A DNA stretch of 63,605 nt, filler included, from Cercozoa sp. M6MM (lineage: Eukaryota; Protista; Endomyxa: Ascetosporea), in assembly GCA_040357565.1 (NCBI GenBank). It is 13 parts of 13 records of this genome, joined end to end, with 100 filler letters (N's around TTAATTAATTAA, not from the genome) between each part and the next. Parts side by side here need not be neighbours in the genome. Positions count along the whole stretch, not along the records: positions 36,488 to 39,557 come from JBDODJ010001620.1; positions 39,658 to 42,958 come from JBDODJ010001513.1; positions 43,059 to 48,984 come from JBDODJ010000827.1; positions 49,085 to 51,619 come from JBDODJ010001746.1; 9 more parts are not named here. One strand, written 5' to 3'. The notes beneath the pieces were generated by a model. The model searched no databases. It worked only from the letters and a program-made list of their open reading frames with translations, and was not told the DNA's origin. The translations under genes and the position numbers were made by a program. Below, piece by piece: positions 36,488-49,261 of this stretch; positions within the stretch are counted from its first letter, which is position 1; each line of letters opens with the position of its first letter.

Positions 36488-38889
36488 AAAAAAAGCCAGC
36501 GGTTAATATCCCAACTGCAGTCTTCACGAGAATGCGATCGCGAAACAATATCTGTGCTCCAACAACAGATTGAGGAGCTGCGGCGCACTCAAAACATCTT
36601 GCTGAGTCAAAAGCAACAAGAGCGACAAAATGTATCTGTGCCTGCTCGAAATCCTGAATACGCGGATTCCATCTACCTAAATGTAAACTGAATTTACAGT
36701 TTCTTCCCACAGTAACCTAAAGTTTGTTTCTAAACTTACCCCCAAATTAGGGTTAGTTCCACGAAATAATCGACCTTTCGATGCGCAGATAAAGGCATCA
36801 AACCTTAATTTGGTGGGAGCTGAAATCGATCCACGCTTCAAATGCAAGCGTGTCCGTCTACCACAGTCGGTGCAGTTTGAGGAAGTTGACGACGACGAGG
36901 CCGATAGCTTCGAGCACAATCAAAACCGTTCTGCTCGAAACGCTGCTACGCATCGGTACGTACGCACGTCGAGTCCACATGTGGTAGAGAACTTCGCAAC
37001 GGTGTTGCAAGATATCGAGGGTGCTGACTACTCCGAAACCACTCGGAGCCCAAGCGACAGGGAAGAGCATAGTCCATACCACAAGTCGTTGAAGTTCTCC
37101 GGTCAGGCCGTCAAAACGTCAACCACAAGTCGCACCGTTCACAGACGAAATTGATGACCTTTAAGAGCGTAAACGCTGTTTTAGTATTTAGTGTAGCCCG
37201 AGGGTGAAATCTCCAAACGTACTAAAAGGCAGCTGAATCTCAGGGATGGACTGCCCGCGATCCGTCTGGAAGATGTGCGAACCCGTGGTGCAGCAAAGCA
37301 TGATCCCGGGGTTGAACTGGCGACAACGACTCAAATAGTCCTAGTCTTCAGTCGGTTTAAAGCGAAAAATGCTCCAAAGACTGTCACTTGCGCGCGACTA
37401 CACCAAGCGCAGATGTATAGCAGCTTCTTTTGAGAGTTATTTGAATTTTGTAAGTAATTAAAAAAAAAACTCTCAACTGACTATCCTGGAAGCTCCTTCT
37501 GGTTTGATCAATATTTGTTTGAATCAACTGAGCTCTTTGTCAAATTACCTGTAGGGGCGACCGGTTTTAGTGCATACGGTCTTCCGTACAACATCAGAGG
37601 CAAAACAGGCCATAGCTCCTTGTTCTGGTCCTTCTCACCACTCGCGGTTGCAACGAGGTAAACTCTACTGCCAGTGTGTCGATATCAAAAAATAATTTAC
37701 TGTACCAGTTCCTGCTCCCGATCTTTGAGACCATTATCCATATAAAAAAGTGTTATCTTTCTTTGTGTTTATTGCAGCGCAAATACCCACGAAGCGAATG
37801 TTCCGGATCGACACTCTACCATCGCGCTGCGACAATTGAGTCAGCGTAATGAAACCGGCAGGTTGCTTCGTGGGATCCTTGTCTTAGTAGGCGACACATT
37901 TGGTACTTTTACTTTATATTTCCTTCGCTTCAGGTTGTCGAACTACCCGGGATGTTGACTGCCTGTACATGTGCCTCCTCTACATTAGATTGTGACGTCG
38001 AACCATTAGAACGAATGCTCGAACACGCTTCAAGAGACAAACAGCTACGCTACAGCACGAGCGGGTGGGCTGTTGGCTTGTTACAACATCCGCGGTACCG
38101 CCCGACATTAACAGAGCAAGAAACGCAGGGAGACGAGGGTGAGTGCGCGCTGTTTAAGCTGATTTGCCAAAATCGATACTGGCTGAGCAGAACTAAAGAA
38201 AATGTCGGCATTGGTAGACGAAATGGAGGATTTTCGGAGTCCACCTCCGGAGGGCGATCCGTTCCATGAGATTGCCAATCTCTCCTTTCCGGAAGAAAGT
38301 GAGGATACTGAGCACGCTTGGACGAAAGATGAAGAAGTGCGACGTTTCGTGGAAGTAATTGAAGAACAGGAGGACTGGTGCATTGCTTTTTTAGTTTTAC
38401 TGTGTGCGTGTGTGCGTGTGTGTGCGCATGTGTGTCATTAATGACTGGAAGGCCTTCTCCCGACTTTGAAATGGACGAATGCGCGAAGGAAAACGACGCG
38501 CCTTTCGAAACCGAAATGCAAGAAGATGAACACGAAGCTGGCCCAATTACAGAAACCGAAGAAGCGTGTCAGCATTTGTTCCGCCAACTGGTGGAGCGCA
38601 GCATGCCAACCGAACCTGAACAGGAAGTGGACAACTGGGAAAGCGCCGTTGCAGCTTTCTGCGCAGGTACCGAAAAATCTTCTTCTTTCTTGGTCTAGCG
38701 GCACTGTAAAATTGTACATTATTACGATTTAGGCTCGGTATGCAACAGCGTCCAAACTCGTTATTTTCAACTGCAGCAAAGAAACATGCATATGTAAAAA
38801 CTGAACTAAATTTACCTGGGTTGATTAAATGTGCGCAGTTTATATTCAGCATTGTGCAGAACGGGTATTATGGCGCTCGAGCATCGTGA
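36488..38889 (+). CDS. Multi-exon hypothetical protein (coiled coil plus acidic regions), 5' partial
   Basis: ISVLQQQIEELRRTQNILL coiled coil; acidic exons at 38200-38670; GT-AG boundaries. Confidence 0.45.
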
Positions 38890-38939
38890 TGTCGGGTACG
38901 CAGCTAGAGGTAGGAATCAACAGTTTCTCGCCGACTTGA

Positions 38940-39160
38940 ATGTTGTTTTCATCGTTCATCCTAGTACTAGTCATCACTGATGTCGCGATAAGCGGTGGTG
39001 CAGCCTTACATCACGCACTGAGAGATGTAAGATGTTCACATAAATCAATTACATATGTAATTTACAGGAAATCAATTAAGTTTACATATAAACTGATATA
39101 TATATATATAAGTTTAAATATATATATATATATATATACAAGAATTTATATATAATTTAT

Positions 39161-39191
<31 letters not shown>

Positions 39192-39436
39192 TTATCAGTT
39201 TACCAGAATAAATGTTGATGTACTACGTGCTTAATTTAAGCACAACTATGATTCTGCCACAGGCTGTTGCAGCAACACTCCCACTCAACACGACACAGCT
39301 CACCGAGCACGCTGCCGTTTTGGTACAACAACGGACAGCTGTTCCCATTTAAATGGATCTGTTTAAACCTTGACTATCAAATCACCACAGTTGTGCGACG
39401 GTCGCGCAGACCCGATGTCTATTCCTGATACCTTAG
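38940..39436 (+). CDS. 5' exons of a possible secreted protein, truncated
   Basis: MLFSSFILVLVITDVAISG signal-like start, an AT-microsatellite intron, and further short exons. Confidence 0.3.
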
Positions 39437-39729
39437 GTAATGTCAACATTAGCGCTTTGGGGTATGGCGGGGTTTTCCGAGGCAAAACCGAACCCCCAAA
39501 TACTCTACCCCCTTAACCCCCCGTATCCCTCAACCCGCCTTCCCCTCTTTACCCCTTNNNNNNNNNNNNNNNNNNNNNNNNNNNNNNNNNNNNNNNNNNN
39601 NTTAATTAATTAANNNNNNNNNNNNNNNNNNNNNNNNNNNNNNNNNNNNNNNNNNNNCCCCCCCCCCCCGTCCCCTCCTCTCCTTGTTACTTCCTGTTCC
39701 GTTGTACTTCCTCTCTTCGTGTATGAACA

Positions 39730-41103
39730 GGCAGCAACTGCGACGAAACGGCGATGCGGATGTTTTGCGTCTCATCGGCGACATGGTATATTGTTTTATG
39801 CTCCTTGCTCTGGCCCATTTACCCCTTCCCCTCTCCCCGCAGCCAGAGAAGAAGAAAGAAGAGCAACCTCGAAGGCTGCGACAATGGACGGCGGAACAGG
39901 ATGGTACGCACCTTTTATACTTTCTATCTGTACCGTTCGTTAGCTCTGCTGTACGGTCCATTTGTACGGTCTATCTGTACTGCAGAGGAACTGTTGTGTG
40001 GAATGCGACAATTTGCGCATCGATCGGAGCGATGGAAACTTATCGAGAGACACACTGCATTGGGTACCTATCCTGTCCCTTTATATCCTGTACACTTGTA
40101 CCGTACATTTTGAACGTTGTATATTTGTTTGTTGATACCTAAGCAGGCAAGCAGTTCGAGCGTACGGCGAAACAAATACAGTCTCACTGGAAGGTGCCCA
40201 TTTGACCTCTCGTCTGTATATCTTTTAATACACTACCGCTTCCCAGGTGCTTGAGAGTCGCGGCGAGGTGAAGGAAGCCGAGTTCGTGCGCGAGGCGAGG
40301 CACAAGGAGGAGTTGCAGCGCTCCGAGAGAAACGCACAGGAAGACGCCGACCAGGCCACCGAGAAGGTCACTGACAAGGTCACCAAGAAGGTCACCGACA
40401 TGGTCAACAAGAAGGTCACCGACCGAAACACTGACAGAGATACTGAGAGAGGCGCGAGGGAAGACACGAGGGCGGTCACAAGAGATGACACCAAGGCAGA
40501 CGTGAAGCCGTGGCGCGGCACGCCCGAGCAAGTATTGCGGCAGGTCATGTCGACAGCGAGTGTACTGACACTGCCATCGGACACTCCTGCGCCGGCGACA
40601 GACCAGGGCACGCGTCGTTCCGGCAGTGTCGGTGCCATACTGACGGCTTTTCTGCTGCACGCACCTGCGCGACGCTCGCTGGTCAGTTCCTCCTTGTGCA
40701 ATTGAGTTATGCTTACCAACCCTCTCCTATCTGTACTCATCATATCCCTCTGTGCAGACATTGGCCCTGCTGGAACTGTTCGACGTGGTTGCTTTTGCCG
40801 ACGTGCGTCAGAAGCAGGAGCAACTGCTTGTGTGCACTCCCAGCGAACTGCCCGTGCTCAAGCGACTCTACCGGGCTGCGTCTGTGCGGTACTACCCCTC
40901 CTAGTATGTTTATGTCATTACCCCCCCCCCCCCACGCAGAGGGGTACTGCGCTGTCGTGACTGTCTGACAGCGCCGCATCTGTTGCGACTGTTGCACTCG
41001 TTGGACGCATTGTTTCAGCGGTACCACTGCTCTTGTACATTGTATTCTGGTTCAACAAGGTACTCACTCATTGGCGCAGCCAGCGCACCGTGATGCCGAC
41101 TGA
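39730..41103 (+). CDS. Myb/SANT-domain protein with a Thr/Asp/Lys tetrapeptide repeat and a Cys-rich tail, 5' partial
   Basis: QWTAEQD-EELLCGMRQF..RWKLIERH..FERTAKQIQSHWK has the three-Trp Myb spacing. (V-T-D/K-K)n repeat; CWNC..CCDCC exons. Confidence 0.7.
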
Positions 41104-41940
41104 AACGACGCAGGCGTTGCTCGACTTTGTGGCATCGCTGCAGGCTTTTGTGCGCTCCCAAGCGCCGCCATCGCTTCTTGCCGTGATTCGCTGAACTCTT
41201 GATTGATTGTTCTATCGAAGCAACTGAGCATCGGATGCCTAGTCATTCGGCACGCAGGGTCGGAGATTTTTTTTAAGCCGGCATACTTGCGTCGTCCGAT
41301 ACAAGTAGGAGAGCTACGTCAGCCGACCTTAGATAGCTCAGTCTACTATGTAAACCAACTAGGTAGTCCCCTGTACCAGTCTCAGGGTGGGTCTCAAACG
41401 CGTGACCACCATTTCAGGAAAGGAGCAAAGTCTTGCTCTTTCGAGGTCAGTCTACCAAGCACAGGGTACCAGACAAACACAATACACCACACTTCTCAAA
41501 GTGCTTAATGAATAACTTTCTTCCGCGCGGAGCACCAGAACTCAGACAGATCTGACTGGCCGGATGGAAAATACAGTTTCGTAACACAGTCGATGCGGGG
41601 GACAACCATCGTGCCTCATTAATTTGTTGATTCTCTAGGTTCGTTATTTAATTTAGTCCTGGAGTCGCGTACAGTATCTTCAATCTATCCGCCGGTTCGA
41701 CCGCAGCTGGACGCACGTCAGCAGGCCTAGGGTTTCAGTTTTTGCCAGTGGTATCCTGGTCATTCGAGTCGCTAGGTTTCGACGAGCAGTGCACACACGG
41801 ACCCATTCGCCAGCGCTTCTTCCTGCGAGTTTCAAAGCAGCAACTATCGTTCTGTCAGATGAACCGAAAACAACCGACAGCAGTGAGTACCCACAGCTTT
41901 CGCAGACTGCTTTGGGGTGCGACTTCACTCCTTTCTGCAG

Positions 41941-42210
41941 GTAGATGCAGTTAACACAACCAACAAGCGGGGGGACAGCGCAAGATACCACGGCCATTTG
42001 CCCTGGCTTCCGATTCCGCTGGACCTCATAAAGCTTGTTTCGAACCTCGTGCCGAAAATCTCTGTCGATGCGGAAAGGGGCATCAAACATCGCGTTTTCT
42101 GTGGTACTGTACCTTCAATCTGCATGTGCACAATTGCACCAAACATCATTGCTGCGAAAAAACCGGCGAACGAGGTGCTCTTCTTCGACTATAAAACTTG
42201 TCCTGGGTGA
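41941..42210 (+). pseudogene. Possible degenerate RBBP4/MSI1/Hat2-like WD40 fragment
   Basis: PNIIAAKKPANEVLFFDYKTCP resembles RBBP4 [22 protein letters not shown]. The remaining blades are not found. Confidence 0.35.
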
Positions 42211-42809
42211 TCGCATCCTCGCAATCCTACAGCAGAACGCGAACAGTCAATACCTGTACTGCCGCAGAAGGTGATTGCGCACTTGCCCACCGTCGCTGGA
42301 CAAGCCGAGGACGAAATGGATGGGACAATGACATCTAAATGTCGACGAATGACCGATCTTTGAACTGAAGAAGAATCGCTGCTTCATTAAAAATAACTAA
42401 TGCATCATTTAAACCTTTGCTGGGGAGACAGGAGAGGGAAAGAGAGGCAAAGTTCTCCTTCCGAACGGCATACCATGGGTTGACACTCTAGTCGGATCTG
42501 CGCGATGCAACTCGCCGTCCATTGACACCGCATATGCAGTGAAAAGTCGCGCCTGAAGGTACTAGTCGGATAGTTAGTTTTCTATTTTACTGTCGTTCGT
42601 CTCGTCGTCGTGCGTACAATAAGTACGTCTTCAGTCGTGTCGCGGCAGTCAAGGTCATAAACTATGGCGTCGGATGACCGTGCGTGCAGTCGGCGTCACA
42701 CGAGGCGAGTCGGCGTCGCTGCGCGAGTCAATTGTCAACTCGGCTAAGCAAGTCGAAACCTGCTGTCGAAGTCAAGCGGTGTCCGGCGCTAAAAGTGGTA
42801 CTACGCCTC

Positions 42810-42958
42810 CCCACTAAAAATTCACATTCGGACCCCAGCAACCCCAGGGATCTCGCCCATTTAAAATTTGAGAATAGGCCGAGAACATTGCGTCCCCAAA
42901 ACCTCTAATCATTAGCTTTACCAGACGAAACTGTTAACGAATTTCAGCTATCCTGGGG
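42810..42958 (-). rRNA. 28S (LSU) rRNA fragment, domain II
   Basis: The reverse complement reads CAGGATAGC..GGTAAAGCTAATGATTAGAGG..CCTATTCTCAAATTTTAAATGGG..TTTTAGTGGG, the conserved eukaryotic LSU blocks in the correct order. Confidence 0.9.
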
Positions 42959-43100
42959 NNNNNNNNNNNNNNNNNNNNNNNNNNNNNNNNNNNNNNNNNN
43001 NNTTAATTAATTAANNNNNNNNNNNNNNNNNNNNNNNNNNNNNNNNNNNNNNNNNNNNCACACACACACACACACGCACACGGACACACACTGTTTTCAG

Positions 43101-43673
43101 GCCACGGTCAAGGCGTGCGACTTTGTCAACACCCTCCAGCGGGGCGCAGAGAGCTAGTATCCAGGTCTTACGCCAGTGCAGGCGGCATGGGCCTTATCTG
43201 GTCTGGGGCACCGCGCTCGGGAGTTGGACCTAGCAAGTGCTCTGCGGTCGTTCTTGGATCACGAGGTCCCTGACGACGTGTCCAAAGAAGCCCGCGACCT
43301 GCGCTACGTTGCAGGCATCGACTGGCTTGCTGGAAAAGACATCAAGCTTAAGCCCAGCAAAAAGGCAAAGCAGAGTGAGACAAAGAACAAGCAGAACAAG
43401 CAGTCCATGGTGCCGCTCAGACGCAGGATGCTGACGTGGAGGATGAGAAGATGATGCCCCGCGACGAAGCTTCAGAGCACGCAACCCACGCGGCGCAGTG
43501 CTCGCATCGCCCGTAAGAACCTGCTCCCGACTCAAACCCTTCCGGATGATGCGGTCCCTCACGAAAATGTCGAACCGCCGCCAGGATATTCGTTCGACAG
43601 CGATTCCGACATCGAAGGCGGAGACATGTACGATTCTGACGATTTCTTGGTCAACGACGGCGATGGCGGCTGA
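43101..43673 (+). pseudogene. Disrupted ORF, possibly a transposon relic
   Basis: A protein-like frame is interrupted by TAG (43155) and TGA (43452), then resumes as PTRRSARIARK with an acidic tail. Confidence 0.35.
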
Positions 43674-44616
43674 TCTTCGATTGACACGTTCACTCTAGTA
43701 GTTTAAACCTAATTTAGTTAAGCTGATTTAGGTCGGCGAGAACGTATATACGTCTATAAAGAGTTTTACTTGTACATCGGGCACACCACCTTGGGCGTTT
43801 GTTGCAAATGAAAGTCGCAACGCTTCGTCACGACACGAACTCTGAGCCGAGGTAGATATCAGCCGACAGACGATCTGCGAGTGAGTGCCGGTTAAAATTT
43901 TAAATAATTTATGATATCCTTGCACATCCTGAGATTAAAGGCTATAAGCATACTCTGGCACAGGAAATAATGTGTGAACGCTATTCCCTGGCTAAAGCTC
44001 GCTTGCTGTCGCTCTGGGTCAAAAATCTGCGCGTCGGCAGTTTCTCCAATCACATCTGGAGTTTCCTGTGTCGCCCGGTGTTTGACCCGAGTTTTGCAGT
44101 TAGTTTGACGCCAGAAGTGTTTAGTCGTTAAATTTGTGGTGATCTGGCTGCACAGGCAATGAAACCCGAATTGGCGAATACCTGGGTCGCCGCCGGAGGA
44201 GTAACACACACGCGCTCCACATGCGAGCTTGCTTCGCGCGCGTTTGAGCGAAGCTTCAACAAACTCGTACTAACGTACACTACGAGGTGCATAGATAAAG
44301 AAAACCTTACCTTCACTTACTCGACTTCTAATTCATCAGCTCGCTTGCTTGCAGCACTACCAAAGGATAGGTCAAGCAATAGGCAGACCCGCAGAGTGTC
44401 CTAAACCCCCGTCAAGAAGGTGGGCACATTTTTGTGTTGGGCCCGTTTTTGTGTTGGAACCGCTCGTGATGACCCAAGACATCCGCAGCGGACTGTGCCT
44501 CTGCGAGTCTGTGTGTAACTGGATGCGTCTTTTGGCCTCTGATTTCATGTCTTTAAAAATGTTGTTGTCTGTACTGTTGAAACCGATCTTGTTTTCTAAA
44601 TTCAGAAAGAGGCAAA

Positions 44617-45194
44617 ATGATTTCGGAGGCCACGCAGACTACGTGTCCTTCCACCAAAACTCAACGTGACGTCGCCGTTCAGGTCGGCGCACCTGCCAAC
44701 ATGTTGAGCACCAGCATCGAGTCGCAAGGTAGCTCCCACAAAACCCTGCTGCTCGGATACCTTCATGCCATGTGTACGTATGTGCCGTAGTTGCTCGCGT
44801 CTTGTTGCGCTTAAAGCACGAGAGAGTCTTGCATGAGACAGTGCAAAAACGTCGAGTGCGCCGGTACCAGAAGCAAGCTGCAGTGCTCCGTGCTCGTAAG
44901 AAGACGCGTGCCAAGCGGAAGTGCACGCCAAAGAGAAAGAAGGCCTCTTCTACGGTGTGCCCTCACTGCGGCCGAGTCTTTGAAAAGTATCAGGTAGAGC
45001 GCACTTTGCAAGCATACTTCATTGTTCGGGTGTAGTTTTGAGAGCTTGTCTTTTATAACATTTGCATGTGTCGATATTAGGGACTCAATGCACACCTCAA
45101 GGTGCACCGCAACGCCGAGCGCCGTGTACGGGAGGCCGCTGTTGCTGCTGCTGCCACAAGAACTGTTGTTATTGCGGATACGCAGTCGCAATAA
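44617..45194 (+). CDS. Single C2H2 zinc-finger protein with a basic region
   Basis: CPHCGRVFEKYQ|GLNAHLKVH across an intron, preceded by an RARKKTRAKRK basic tract; TAA at 45192. Start uncertain. Confidence 0.8.
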
Positions 45195-46099
45195 ATCCGA
45201 GTCGAGCCCCCTGATCGGCTTGCGTTTTCAGCTTTCGTCCAGGTCACATCTGCCCGTCGTTCTTTGCAGCACTCGAGGCATCGCCACTCGTCCATTGTTC
45301 TATCAGCGCATGGCCGCCCCACAACGCACGGTCGTCATAGCACACGCCTACTTCACACGTTCCTACTTCGCCTAACGCAGGTCTTGAGGATCTTGTTCGT
45401 TTTTTTCCAAGTTTTGTATCAGCTGTTCGAGTCACTGCTGGCAGCCGCTAAACAGCAGTACATACAGTAATGTACTAGCCATAGTAGTAAGATCTTGCTT
45501 CAAAGGAACCGGAACTGTCTGAGACACGTGCACGACACTGTTACTGACGGTTGTCAGTGAAAAGAACTAAATAAAAGAAGTAAGTCGTCAATTAGACGAA
45601 GCAACTAAATCAAATGATTTAGTTTGAAGAAGCGAAGTGAAGAATTACCCCAACTGGGTTCTTAGGTCAAACTAGACGGAGTTGTAGACGGAATCTTCCG
45701 TCACGGGGAAAATCGTGAGAAGATTTAACAAGAAAACCCCTTCTCTCTACAGCAGCCAATGCTTACTTGTAGAGGTGGATATCAGTACAAACTGCAGAGC
45801 AACTGACAGGTCCAGTCACAGCTCTATGGGCAGTAGTACCGTAGAGCCACAAACTCTTAACTCTCCTTTCTCTTTTGCTTCAATGATGGGAGACCAACTG
45901 GTCTGTCTGGGTTCATCCCCGCGGAGACTGCATAATCTGAGTCAGTCTGTAACAACACAGTACGTTTCTCCAACAGGACATAAGCCATTGACAATTTGCA
46001 TGGGTCGAATCCAAGTAAAATTAAAAAGTGGGTTTCGTTTCATTTGCAGCAACGCCAACGCCCCCCTCCCCCAGAAGCCAAGTTCCGTCTTGCTCAGTT

Positions 46100-48504
46100 T
46101 TACAGCTTGACCGTGGTGGGCGCAAGCAGCGAAAGCTGCCGGAAGCGCCGCGGCACCTCAGCGTCGTAGTCGACAACAGCGGCGTCGCTGGCGGGAGCAG
46201 CGGCCGAGGCCTTGGAGACGTCGGCGGCGGCGTAGCGACTGAAGCCAAGAGGCACGGCCGAGGCGGTGGAATCGGCGGCCTCACCGGCACCGGCGGCCAG
46301 CACGACGTCGGCGTCCTCGAACACCGTGTCCTGCGTGCCGACCTGCGAGACAACGTGTCGTCGCACGTCTTCGATCTTGTGCTGCTGCATGACGGGACGG
46401 TCCGAGCACCAGAAGCGCTTGCGCAGCTCGGCGAGGTCCCAGATGAGGTAGGTACCGCGGCCCTTGAGCTGCGGCATCTGGCGCCACTGCTGCAGCCGCT
46501 CGAACCACGCCGACACCACCGTGCGGTTCAGCTCATCGCACAGCTCGCCGGCCGTCTGCAGCAGCGCGATCACGTTGTCCACGTCCTCGAGCGACGGCGA
46601 CGCCTTGTTCAGAATGTGCCACACGGCGCCGTGCACGATGCGCTCCGACAGCACACGCTTCGTGAACAACATGCCCACGAACGCCATCAGACCCGTCGTC
46701 AGTGAGCGTCCTGCCAACACCCAAACACAAAAAAAAAACGATCAGCCATCATCGCCAAAAATGCGTTTTTTAAAAGCAAAATTACGCTTGTTTTCGATAA
46801 ACTCGCGCTCCTCGGCGTCAACATCAGCCGGCGCCACCAGCTGCGATGCTGTGCGACCACAGAACTCGGCCTGGCAGTTGGCCGCCAGCATGCGCTTGAA
46901 CGTGCTGCACAAATACCAAAAATCATTGCAGGTGGTCAATGCAAAAACAAAAACACCAAGCCCAAAGCAAAGACCAAAAAAAGAAACGCTCAGAACGCAG
47001 ACTTTGTCCACAGGATTTGTCCCTTAAACATCGGACCGCCCGTCTGCTGGAGTCCTCATCGACAAGACAAAGTAGGACTCAAGCAGAGCGACATGGGCAT
47101 TTGTTGCACAAATTATAAACTCCATGTCATGGGTCAAAAAATTGTCAGATAAATGCCGATCAGTATTCAGCACAGCCTAAACCACTGCATATGCGTGATC
47201 CAGAGCCTGGCACACGCGCTAAAAAGCGAAACGCAGAAAAAGAAAAAAACGATGGTACGGCTTGGGTTGGCCTTCTGGTGTGGTGGCGCCAATGAGCTCC
47301 TCCACGGGCTGCAACGCCGTCGACAGACGCACGGCAAGGTCAGTGTACAGGTTCTGGAAGTGTCGGTTGCGCATGGCAAACTCGACCTGCAAACAGGCAG
47401 AGATATGAGTGATCGGTGGTCGTTTGAGGAGAAACGCGAAAAATGTACCAACAGGGCGGCCACACGGTTGAGCAGCTCCTCCTCCTTGGCGTGCTCGAGG
47501 GCGTAGTCGATAACTTGCTGACTGAGACGATCGTAGGTCGTCGTGGTGACCTTGTTGAGAATGCCGTTGATTCGCTTCTCCAGTTCTATCAAAGCAAGAT
47601 TTGAAAAAGCAAGGGCAATTTTCAGAGTTGAGTTATTCTTGATACGTCGGAGCGGCGACTGGGCCGTGCCGGGACGCCACACACGGGGCGAAGCCTCGCT
47701 GCTCGTGGACTCGGTCACGGCGACTGACTTGTCGTCTGTAGCAGCGCAATGAAGAGTTGTAAATAAGCACAGACATTTAGCACAGACATTTGCAGTTAAA
47801 GCATACTGCGCAGGGCGCCCTTCGACTCAAACGAAAGCTCCTTCTTCTCCACATCCTCAAACGACTCTGCCTCGAACGACTCTGCAAGCATCATTTTAAA
47901 CTCTGTCCCTTAGCAAGATAAGCAGTTTGAAAAGGCCCATGTACCAGACGAGAGACCAAACGCGTTGTTAGCAGCAACACCCACAAGCGCCAGTGCCGGG
48001 CCGAAGATGCCCTCGACCGTCTAAAAAACAAAAAAGACACGGTATCAACAGCTGCAGTCACTCAAGAAGAAACGAGGCACCTTGGTCTTGACGTTCTTGG
48101 AGAACTCCTTAGCATCCTTGAAGAGGAACGACGAGCGGAACTTAAGCAGCTCGGCGCGCGTCAGCTGCATGCGCTTATCCTTCTGCACATCGAAAAAAGG
48201 CTACAGCAAACGCAATGTCGAGCATTAAAAACCCCAGTACGTGCTGCGGCTCGGCATTGCGAGAGTCTGACGAAGCAACGCGAACCTCCTCAGTCTGTTG
48301 CCCAAGAACCAAGGATCAACAATCAGGGCACAATGACAAACATGATCTACCTGGACTCCAGCCTTTCCCGGGCGCAAGGCACTGGTCGTGGGTCGAAGCG
48401 AGAGCTCCGCGCCTACGAGCACACACGTACCCAGCGAGTGACGCACTGGAACACACAGCAGAACAAAAGAAAGAAATACCAAAGTCGCCAAGAAGCAGGG
48501 CCAT
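46100..48504 (-). CDS. eIF4G-like MIF4G-domain protein
   Basis: KRINGILNKVT..YDRL; F..LYTDLA; FKRMLAANCQAEF; GLMAFVGMLF..LSERIVH; LLQTAGELCD; YLIWDLAELRKRFW..KIEDVRR. Confidence 0.85.
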
Positions 48505-48647
48505 GTCTACTATACAGAGCAAAGTGGCAACGCACGCTCGAGTACGCTTAGGGGCTGTGCGGCACCACAACTCGGATGTGGCTACAATTGTTTTGATCGA
48601 TCTTTTGTCAACGAGCGCCAGCGCAGAGCATTGTGTTTGAGCGTGTG

Positions 48648-48951
48648 ATGACAAGCCAAGAAACCCCCACAGCGACCAGTTTGGCGGCTAAGAGCGTGCC
48701 ACTGATTTATTTATCTGATTTGCCAAATAATCATCCGTGTTTTTTGCAGGTGCCAAAATCAACGGCGAAAACCTATTTGGAGACGAATTTGGTGCCGATC
48801 CTGACAGCAGGCCTAACAGAATGTGCCAACACAAGGTGCGTCGTTGCGATTTGCTTCATTGTGCTTATATCTTTTTTTTTGGAACAGACCAGAAGACCCG
48901 ATTCAGTTCATGATCGATTACCTCAAGAAGGAGAAGGCGCACTTTGAGGAA
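48648..48951 (+). CDS. Dpy-30 motif protein, 3' truncated
   Basis: AKTYLETNLVPILTAGLTECANT-RPEDPIQFMIDYL matches the Dpy-30 dimerisation motif. Confidence 0.85.
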
Positions 48952-49084
48952 GTACGGTTGCTTTGCGATTTCGGGGGGGGGGGGNNNNNNNNNNNNNNNN
49001 NNNNNNNNNNNNNNNNNNNNNNNNNNNNTTAATTAATTAANNNNNNNNNNNNNNNNNNNNNNNNNNNNNNNNNNNNNNNNNNNN

Positions 49085-49236
<152 letters not shown>

Positions 49237-49261
49237 TGTATATATGACGTGCTATCTTTAG

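Noticed and set aside
43155-43157. Possible UAG reassignment (no TAG among the stops of the well-identified genes; one in-frame TAG here)
   Set aside because: I found no in-frame TAG in the conserved exons I reconstructed, and this ORF also has an in-frame TGA. A pseudogene is the simpler explanation. A genome-wide codon-assignment analysis would settle it.
45995-46015. tRNA T-loop-like GGTCGAATCC
   Set aside because: No acceptor, D or anticodon stems can be formed.
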